Below are positions 29,808 to 36,291 of a DNA stretch of 36,291 nucleotides, piece by piece. The stretch's first letter is position 1, and each line of letters begins with the position of its first letter. Source of the DNA: Sulfurimonadaceae bacterium. GTDB lineage: Bacteria; Campylobacterota; Campylobacteria; Campylobacterales; Sulfurimonadaceae. Under the pieces are notes generated by a model that did not search any database, was not told where the DNA came from, and was given only the letters and a program-made list of their open reading frames with translations. Made by a program: the position numbers and the translations under genes. The stretch spans positions 1-36,291 of the forward strand of contig JBFEXS010000007.1 in assembly GCA_041562555.1 (NCBI GenBank), written 5' to 3'.

Positions 29808-29844
29808 ATTAGAAGCTTCAAAGACTTCTATAGAAAGGATAACA

Positions 29845-29919
29845 ATGTCACCCTCAAAACAATTAGAGGTCATTCAGAATAAAGATCAGATCATTGATCT
29901 TACAGGCCGCTCTTGCTAA
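29845..29919 (+). CDS. Putative 24-aa small protein MSPSKQLEVIQNKDQIIDLTGRSC
   Basis: AAGGA RBS 5 nt before the ATG, with its own -10 and Fur-type boxes upstream. Below the ORF-track size cutoff. Confidence 0.5.
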   Translation: MSPSKQLEVIQNKDQIIDLTGRSC

Positions 29920-29953
29920 ACCTCCTACTTGGCACGAGCTCATCATAATTCTC

Positions 29954-31315
29954 CTAGAACTCCTCTGCCAGGGAGTTCGATCGATAAAACTCCACAGCAC
30001 TTTGCGATGCAAATATAAAACTCTCTATCGGCCTGCGTGTTGCCAACAGACTTAAGCGTTGCGGTGAGATCGCCCGAGAAAGCGCCACATAAAACTGTGA
30101 CGGAGCAAAGATCTCATCCAGATCAATCACAAGGTCAAGCAGACTCATGCCCTGTGACTTATGAATGGTGATCGCATAGGCCAAAGAGAGGGGATATTGA
30201 AACAGGTCGAAACGGCTTACCTCGATCTCCTGCTTCTTTCCATCGACAAGCTGTTCTTTCCACTGTTTTTTGGAATACCGCTCTTTTTCCACGCGCACAA
30301 GCTTACCGTTATCCTTAAGTACATGGATATACCCCTCTTCTTCATTGACACGTACAATCACCCCCTTTTCCCCATTGAAATAGTTCCAGGAGTTGCGCAT
30401 AAAAAGTACCGGAGCACCCACTTTGAGTTCTAAAAATCGTGGAAGACGTGAGTCATTCATAAAACGCTCAATCTCCATATCTTTGGCACCCTTTTCATAC
30501 TTCTCAACTCGGGTCTCAAAAGTATAAAGCTCTCCATCCAAAGCAGAAAGTTCTTTGATATTATGCCGATCGACAGAAACATTTTTTCCAAATAGAAGCG
30601 TATGGTTTTGCATGTCATGGGGCATTGGTCGGATAAGCGAATGAATATAGTGCAAAACCTCATCATCCCTTATACCATAGCGTATTTTCTCCAATACATG
30701 AACAAACTCCGAATCTGAACTTCGTTTGACATCTGAAAGACTATAGGTTTGAAAATCAAAACGTTGCCATGCCTCGGATTCAAAAGCAAAACCATAAATA
30801 CGCTGTATCGGGATATCCGGATTTTCAAATGCAAACCGGTTTTTATCGCTTTCACGGATCACTGGAGGAAGTTGTAAGAAATCACCACTGACGATCAACT
30901 GTGCCTTTGAATCTGCCTGTAAGAGCCGAAGTCGGATCATGTCCATGACCCCTGAGCTCACCATGGAGATTTCATCGATGATAATCAAATCGATCTGTTT
31001 GAGCAGTTTGGAGAGCTTTTTATCGATAGTGATCTTTCCTGTACGTTCAAGATCAAAAGTATGATTACAGATGCCAAGATTAAAAAAGCTATGTAGAGTC
31101 TGTCCACCGATCAAGGAAGCAGCCATTCCCGTTGACGCGAGCTTCGCTATCTTTTTGCCTTCCACCTCATAACTTGCGATAAGTGAGCGTAACAGGTAAC
31201 TCTTCCCCACACCGGCACCACCAGTGAGGAATATATGATTATCTTCAGTGACTAATGTTTTCAGTTTCATCAAATCACTTGGTGAGTCAGCTTCTTTCCC
31301 GTATCTATCCTGCAT
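29954..31315 (-). CDS. PIF1-family (SF1B) DNA helicase
   Basis: GGAGVGKS, ASTGMAA-LIGGQTLHSFF, IIDEISMV, GDFLQLPPV, QYPLSLAYAITIHKSQGMSL and YVALSR. The start may instead be ATG 31270. Confidence 0.9.
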   Translation of the reverse strand: MQDRYGKEADSPSDLMKLKTLVTEDNHIFLTGGAGVGKSYLLRSLIASYEVEGKKIAKLASTGMAASLIGGQTLHSFFNLGICNHTFDLERTGKITIDKKLSKLLKQIDLIIIDEISMVSSGVMDMIRLRLLQADSKAQLIVSGDFLQLPPVIRESDKNRFAFENPDIPIQRIYGFAFESEAWQRFDFQTYSLSDVKRSSDSEFVHVLEKIRYGIRDDEVLHYIHSLIRPMPHDMQNHTLLFGKNVSVDRHNIKELSALDGELYTFETRVEKYEKGAKDMEIERFMNDSRLPRFLELKVGAPVLFMRNSWNYFNGEKGVIVRVNEEEGYIHVLKDNGKLVRVEKERYSKKQWKEQLVDGKKQEIEVSRFDLFQYPLSLAYAITIHKSQGMSLLDLVIDLDEIFAPSQFYVALSRAISPQRLSLLATRRPIESFIFASQSAVEFYRSNSLAEEF

Positions 31316-31342
31316 CTACTTGTATGTAAAACCCAAAGGCCT

Positions 31343-32092
31343 TTAGACTTCCCCCAAAGCACGTTTGATCGTATACTGCATATCTTCGTCAAGGTCCATG
31401 TTCTTTCGCATCCAATCGATATAGCCTCTGTCACTGATAACCAGATCTTCGATTGTCTTCCCCTTGTGCTTTCCAAAACGAAGCGGCTTGTTCAAATACA
31501 CCGGCTGTTTCGTCAACTCGACCAGTTTTTGCATCGGATTATCTGAAGGATAGAGTTCTTTGACCTTTTTGGTCAATGCCGACATAAAAAGCTTAAGGAT
31601 AAGTACATCCCCAATCGCATCATGTGCTTTGATCTCAACTCCCAGCTTTTGTGCCTCTGCAGCTTCCTCTTTATACAACCCCAGTGCATAACGCAAATAC
31701 TGTAGTCTATGAAACTCCTGCTCCGTATAAAGATGTTTCGCACATCGCAGTGTGTCAATCAACTGCATCTGGTTCTTGAACCCCTCTTTTTCAAGCATTC
31801 CCAGATCAAAAGGGGCATTATGAATGATCATATAATTATCATCGGAATTAAGCTCGACAAGACGTCTATAGGCTTGCATATCTATACAGGCAGGTTTCCC
31901 GGCGATCATCTCCGGAGTAATATGATGTGTCTCCATGGCACCCAGGCCGATCTCGATCTCACTCGAGCAAAACTCATTATGCACCTCAACCCCTTCATTG
32001 GGTCTGCCCAGTACCATATACCCCAGTTGGATGATACGGTCCGATTCTCCGGTACCTGTTGTTTCTGTGTCTAAAATAATATATTTTGCCAT
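31343..32092 (-). CDS. DEDDh 3'-5' exonuclease (DnaQ/ExoX-like) with a C-terminal FGKHKG domain
   Basis: LDTETTG, HNAPFD, IDTL and HDAIGDV, followed by LRFGKHKGKTIEDL...YIDW. Confidence 0.88.
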   Translation of the reverse strand: MAKYIILDTETTGTGESDRIIQLGYMVLGRPNEGVEVHNEFCSSEIEIGLGAMETHHITPEMIAGKPACIDMQAYRRLVELNSDDNYMIIHNAPFDLGMLEKEGFKNQMQLIDTLRCAKHLYTEQEFHRLQYLRYALGLYKEEAAEAQKLGVEIKAHDAIGDVLILKLFMSALTKKVKELYPSDNPMQKLVELTKQPVYLNKPLRFGKHKGKTIEDLVISDRGYIDWMRKNMDLDEDMQYTIKRALGEV

Positions 32093-32113
32093 GATTGTCC
32101 AGTAGGAAGGAAA

Positions 32114-32500
32114 TTAAAATTCGAGGTAAGGGTTTGCGACAAATTTTTCAGTTATCGTCAGATAATCCAGATTGATTTTCAGCTTGATAACACCACCGCT
32201 CATCTCAATAGGTGCTAAAAGCGTGATGAAATCATAGGTCTGCCATTCGATCAGTTTGTGGTTGAGCTCTTTGTTGATGACTGCCACCGGCTCGCCCAAA
32301 ATCTCATCTATCAATGATGCCACAAACCGCGCAGAATCCGCATTGCACTCTTTACCAAACATTTTACAGACCTTTTCCATAGGAAATTCCAGTTCAGGGT
32401 CTCTATATTCACTACCTTGGTAAGTGTGTAAAATAGCATTTGCCAAACGTACTGCATCATCGCTTGGCCATGCGATCTCTATATCTTTTTGCGCTTCTAT
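32114..32500 (-). CDS. Hypothetical protein (start ATA 32500 or TTG 32446)
   Basis: The frame stays open upstream of the called TTG. A GAGGAG RBS lies 6 nt before an in-frame ATA at 32500. Confidence 0.65.
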   Translation of the reverse strand: MEAQKDIEIAWPSDDAVRLANAILHTYQGSEYRDPELEFPMEKVCKMFGKECNADSARFVASLIDEILGEPVAVINKELNHKLIEWQTYDFITLLAPIEMSGGVIKLKINLDYLTITEKFVANPYLEF

Positions 32501-32551
32501 ATCCGGCTCCTCATCCTCGTATTAGTGATAAAATAAATTATATCACAATAA

Positions 32552-32851
32552 CTATTTACTATGAAACAACTCATAAAAAAGTGCATTCAAATCAAAATGA
32601 CAACGGATCTCATGAGTAAAAACGGAAGGGAGATACTCCAAAAAGAAGTAACCTAACTTGATCATAGGATAAAAGAGGATCACCGACCAGTAAAACTCTT
32701 CGTAGGTAAAATGCTCTTTTAACCACTTTAGGGCGAACTTTCCGCCACTGACTGCAGCAGTCACTTCAAATGCCATGATAAATCCCATAACCAGGTAGGT
32801 CAGGATAAACGCATAGGCAATATAGATAAACCATAAGAATAAACCTGTCAT
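32552..32851 (-). CDS. Hypothetical small membrane protein
   Basis: AAGGAG RBS before ATG 32851 (MTGLFLWF...). Two hydrophobic segments. Confidence 0.7.
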   Translation of the reverse strand: MTGLFLWFIYIAYAFILTYLVMGFIMAFEVTAAVSGGKFALKWLKEHFTYEEFYWSVILFYPMIKLGYFFLEYLPSVFTHEIRCHFDLNALFYELFHSK

Positions 32852-32946
32852 ATCGGACTCCTTAATCAAGTCGTCTACTACTATTGTACTACGACATTGG
32901 TGCAAGTCATCTTAGAAGTAAAAATTAATTGAAGTGTTTAGGGGAC

Positions 32947-32965
32947 GAAGCAGATAGACTGCTTC
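32947..32965 (-). terminator. Stem-loop after the multiheme cytochrome gene
   Basis: Perfect 7-bp stem GAAGCAG-N5-CTGCTTC, 12 nt past the stop codon. No clear U-tract. Confidence 0.45.
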
Positions 32966-32977
32966 AGACGGGAGAGG

Positions 32978-35347
32978 TTACTCCCAAGAGGTTTCAACGA
33001 CCTGCGCTGATTTATCGTAAGGATATTTTTTGACCAAGGCTTTGACATCAAGTTTCTGATCCCCTGAACGCATATAGTGCGCAAGCGTTACCGAAGCCCA
33101 ATAATCTTTTTCATATTTGGTACCTTTCAACTGTACAGGGACCCCTTTGTCATTTACCGTATGACATGCAGAACAGGTCACCGGACCGGCATACTCTCCA
33201 TCAGGACTGTATTGTAGTGCTTGTTCGTGGGTTGTAACATCCACACTTCTGGATTTACCGTCATAACGGGTTGAATAAAGTCCATGCGTTGACTCATGAC
33301 ATGATTGACATGCGATATCCCCATGTCCTTTTGAATAACGATATAGTGAATGTTTATTGTTTTGATCAATTGGGAAATACTCTCCTCCCATACTTTCAAC
33401 GAATGGTGCAGTATGGCAATCTGCACAATGTGGTTCTGACGCACTTAACCACCAGTCATTACCACCCGAAGCAGCCATGTATGGAACTTCTCCACCCGTT
33501 GGGTGATTCCATGGTTTAAGATCCAGTGCACCATCTTTACCCACATTTTTCACCAGTGTCGCAGATTTATGCTCAGTATAATACGCTTGCACTTCATTAT
33601 TGCCCGTTGTCTTTGGATCGATCATCGCATTGAAACGATCTTCATCCCCACCGGCTAACGCGTCAATCACCTCTTTAAGGCTCTTATCACGAAGTGTTTT
33701 ACCCTCTTGTGTCTCTGCTACGACAAGATCATCATGGGCATATAGACCTTGGGCGATTTTAGTATGACAGTTCGTACAATATAGCCCACGAAGCTTTTCG
33801 ACTTTATTCCCTTTTTCATCCTGTGTACTTACATTCTCAAGAAGATACTTACCCACTGAGTTCAAGAAGAAAGGCGGTTTTGCATCCGGGTTACTGTGGG
33901 CATCACGGCGCACATAACATCCACCCCCACTCGTACGGATATCCTTGTCACTGAAACGTCCTTCACCATATCTGTCTGAGACACGTAACGGATTCGTATC
34001 ATTGTTCATCGATGGGTCCTGGAAGTGTGTCGGATGACATGATTGACATGACTGGCTTCTCTCTGCACCATCAGGCATCGGAACAACACCCAAGTGGAAA
34101 CCATGGATCGCTTCGCTCAATGGTTTTGCCTTGACAGCCGTATATCCGGTAGCACCCGGACGTGGTTCCTGCAAGTTACCTGAGACATTATCCCCGTGAC
34201 AGTCCGCACAGTTGATCTCTCCGGTCTTGCCCAGACGGTTTGAAGAAGCCGTGTGGTCATAATCGGATAAAAAGGTTGTGTTGTAATGACTGTCATGCAG
34301 ACTCAAGATATTGATAGAAGCTTCTGACAGGCGTGCCATATATTCACTCTCATCCGGATAGGTCTTCCAATAGGCATACTCTTTATCACTCGCCGTTAGA
34401 CCTTCATCCCTTGCCATTTGTGCTGCTTTTCCCTCTCTTGAGTGACAGGCATAACAATTAGGGATATCGACTGGATTGGTTCCGAAATATTCGACAATCT
34501 GACCGTTGTCAATGATCGGCTTACCATTTTGATCATGCAACTGTACGGTTGATTTTTGAAAAGGCTGGAAATCCTGCTCTGTCACTGAACGGATACTTCC
34601 CTTACGTGTAGAATCATTAAATGCGGTCAAAGGCAGTCCCAAAGCATCCCAGATATGTGAAGCCGTTAGTTTCAGAGGAATATTCTCAACACCCGGTACC
34701 AAGGTGTCCGTAAAGACGATATTACCACCGTCCTTACCGGCATATTCCATATATCCACCGGCCATATGCTTACCTGTCGGACCCGAATCCTGTTTGACTT
34801 TGATGTCTTTCCCCACATACAGTCTGTCTTTTTTCGTCGCACCCGCTGGAATCGTTCCCTCAAGGTCCTTATAGATATAAAGGTGTTTCCAAACATAGTT
34901 CGCGACATTATCGCCCGGATCATCCATATGACCATTTCCGTCCACATCTTTCATGACACCCCAATAACGCATCTTATTCCCTTCAGAATATGAATTATCC
35001 TTGGTGTAATAATAGAGTTTTTGATTGTCATCCGGGGTGATCAATGCCGGTAATGCACCCTGCTTCCCTGTTCTTATCGCTTGGGACTGGATCGAGTTGT
35101 ATGGAGGAATCACACAACAGTAGCTCATCTCAAAGCCTACACAGTGCATACCTAACTCATAGTTGATAAACATCTTATAATCCGTTGACGGATCATAGGC
35201 CTTCTCTTTGCTCCCATCTTCAGCTTCAAAGGTTATGAGCTTTAACTTTGAAAACTTGAATGGAGGGTTCTTATCATATGCACTGGCGAACCCTCCCATT
35301 ATCAGTATTACAGCTAGTAAAATTCCACGTAACTTAACCATTGTCAT
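32978..35347 (-). CDS. Exported multiheme c-type cytochrome with 7 CxxCH motifs, function unknown
   Basis: Sec signal, then CYACH, CADCH, CQSCH, CTNCH, CADCH, CQSCH and CSACH. N-terminal ELGMHC...CCVIPPYN motif. GAGGGAG RBS. Confidence 0.88.
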   Translation of the reverse strand: MTMVKLRGILLAVILIMGGFASAYDKNPPFKFSKLKLITFEAEDGSKEKAYDPSTDYKMFINYELGMHCVGFEMSYCCVIPPYNSIQSQAIRTGKQGALPALITPDDNQKLYYYTKDNSYSEGNKMRYWGVMKDVDGNGHMDDPGDNVANYVWKHLYIYKDLEGTIPAGATKKDRLYVGKDIKVKQDSGPTGKHMAGGYMEYAGKDGGNIVFTDTLVPGVENIPLKLTASHIWDALGLPLTAFNDSTRKGSIRSVTEQDFQPFQKSTVQLHDQNGKPIIDNGQIVEYFGTNPVDIPNCYACHSREGKAAQMARDEGLTASDKEYAYWKTYPDESEYMARLSEASINILSLHDSHYNTTFLSDYDHTASSNRLGKTGEINCADCHGDNVSGNLQEPRPGATGYTAVKAKPLSEAIHGFHLGVVPMPDGAERSQSCQSCHPTHFQDPSMNNDTNPLRVSDRYGEGRFSDKDIRTSGGGCYVRRDAHSNPDAKPPFFLNSVGKYLLENVSTQDEKGNKVEKLRGLYCTNCHTKIAQGLYAHDDLVVAETQEGKTLRDKSLKEVIDALAGGDEDRFNAMIDPKTTGNNEVQAYYTEHKSATLVKNVGKDGALDLKPWNHPTGGEVPYMAASGGNDWWLSASEPHCADCHTAPFVESMGGEYFPIDQNNKHSLYRYSKGHGDIACQSCHESTHGLYSTRYDGKSRSVDVTTHEQALQYSPDGEYAGPVTCSACHTVNDKGVPVQLKGTKYEKDYWASVTLAHYMRSGDQKLDVKALVKKYPYDKSAQVVETSWE

Positions 35348-35486
35348 CTCCCTCTTAATGTAATATTACGACATATACTTTTGCAGTTTTACATAAGATT
35401 TATTAATACCATCTTGATATGTTATTTATTACATTATTTGATAATAACTGTGATAAATACTTGATAAATGAGAATTGATGACTGTT

Positions 35487-35837
35487 TTAGAGCTTTAATC
35501 CAAACTTTTCAAGAATGTAGATAACACTATAATACGCCATGATCGTCAATGCGATCGAGATGAACATACTTGGATAAAAACCCATGCCTTTTTTGATCAG
35601 AATCGGGAAACTGATAAACAGTGTCATAGATGGGGCAATCAACCAGACAATACGGTTAGAGAATGCTACAGCGCTTTCACTGTTACCCGTATCAATATAC
35701 ATCCATGTCATTGCCAATATAGACACCAACGGTATTGCTGCTAGAAGTGCTCCTGCCAAGCTGCTGAGTTTGGCTATTTCAGAGATCAAAACGATTAAAA
35801 ATGTTGTAATAAGCAGTTTGATGACATAATACGTCAT
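35487..35837 (-). CDS. DUF3147-like small membrane protein
   Basis: IKLLIT...LISEIAK...GALLAAIPLVS.LAM.W.Y pattern with 4 TM segments. AAGGA before ATG 35837. Confidence 0.72.
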   Translation of the reverse strand: MTYYVIKLLITTFLIVLISEIAKLSSLAGALLAAIPLVSILAMTWMYIDTGNSESAVAFSNRIVWLIAPSMTLFISFPILIKKGMGFYPSMFISIALTIMAYYSVIYILEKFGLKL

Positions 35838-36049
35838 ATCAGTCCTTTGTCCTTTTTTAAAATCGTAATATAGCATCTATCAGCTATTCTGTAAACCAAA
35901 ATCTCACTGATCAAAGGCGCTTATTGGACTCTTAGAGTATAAGAATGTATGAAAGCTATAAAGTATATGGACAAAATAAGGTAAGCCAACAAAGAGTTAT
36001 ACAAAATTATTGATAGTAGTTAAGAAACTCAGTAATAGAAAATAAAAGA

Positions 36050-36134
36050 TGGTGCGAACGGAGGGATTTGAACCCTCACACCCAGAAGGCACTACCCCCT
36101 CAAGGTAGCGTGTCTACCGTTCCACCACGTTCGC
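36050..36134 (-). tRNA. tRNA-Leu (anticodon GAG)
   Basis: GCGAACG acceptor stem, anticodon arm CTACC-TTGAGGG-GGTAG, long variable arm, GGTTCAAATCC T-loop, encoded CCA end. Confidence 0.96.
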
Positions 36135-36193
36135 ATCGTGAAGAAAGTTTGTTATATCAGTAAAAGTATGATTGAGGGCTTTAACTGAATAGA

Positions 36194-36218
36194 TAAAGAT
36201 GCGAAAACCGCATCTTTA
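36194..36218 (-). terminator. Terminator hairpin after atpE
   Basis: TAAAGATGCG-N5-CGCATCTTTA perfect 10-bp inverted repeat, 13 nt past the stop codon. Confidence 0.7.
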
Positions 36219-36231
36219 AAGTGTCTTTAGA

Positions 36232-36291
36232 TTAACCTAGGAATGGGTTAGCGTAAAGAGCGATAAGCGCGATTACTAGAGTATAGATAAC
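36232..36291 (-). CDS. atpE: ATP synthase F0 subunit c, 3' end only
   Basis: The minus strand reads VIYTLVIALIALYANPFLG*, the typical subunit c C-terminus. atpE stands apart from the main atp operon in Campylobacterota. Confidence 0.85.
   Translation of the reverse strand, partial: VIYTLVIALIALYANPFLG

Noticed and set aside
29917..29953. Readthrough extending the small ORF into a full TusA protein
   Set aside because: The stop is TAA, the downstream in-frame sequence is not TusA-like, and it runs into the convergent helicase gene.
333..35829. Many short overlapping or antisense ORFs in the six-frame track (e.g. 16716-17246, 7161-7571, 20601-21014)
   Set aside because: They lie within well-supported genes and show no recognisable motifs, so they are treated as shadow frames.
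26700..36050. Genomic island integrated at the tRNA-Leu 3' end
   Set aside because: The gene content looks accessory, but I saw no integrase, no transposase and no duplicate of the tRNA 3' end in the window.
1..36291. CRISPR array, rRNA or tandem repeat arrays
   Set aside because: No regularly spaced repeats or rRNA-like sequence were seen by eye.

Overview
Chromosomal window from a Campylobacterota (Epsilonproteobacteria) organism, most likely a Sulfurimonas-like sulfur oxidiser. This is inferred from gene content, gene order and promoter style. Bases 1-13.4 kb are mostly housekeeping: partial LptF/G permease, pth, rplY, a PilT/PilU ATPase, tal, a DUF4105+DUF3015 pair, aat-clpA-clpS, a MetY-like PLP enzyme, bioD, pyrB and pabB. 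Bases 13.5-26.7 kb hold a complete nuoA-N complex I operon with fused NuoCD and true NuoE/NuoF subunits. Bases 26.7-35.9 kb contain a class II cytochrome c and a Tat-exported Rieske protein divergent from an FccB/SoxF flavoprotein, a Fur-box-flanked 24-codon ORF, a PIF1 helicase, a DEDDh exonuclease, two hypotheticals, a 7-heme cytochrome c and a DUF3147 protein. The window ends with tRNA-Leu(GAG) and the 3' end of atpE. The strongest leads are: (1) NuoF keeps its FMN and N3 ligands but has lost all three adenine-stacking Phe residues and has Lys in place of the NADH/NADPH-discriminating Glu; (2) an unannotated small ORF or sRNA with two Fur-like boxes; (3) an FccB whose neighbours are a disulfide-less Rieske protein and a class II cytochrome rather than FccA, with a structured leader complementary to the 3' UTR of the multiheme cytochrome gene; (4) the DUF3015/DUF4105-barrel pair. 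No CRISPR array, integrase or transposase was seen. All family assignments come from motif recognition by eye, not from database searches.
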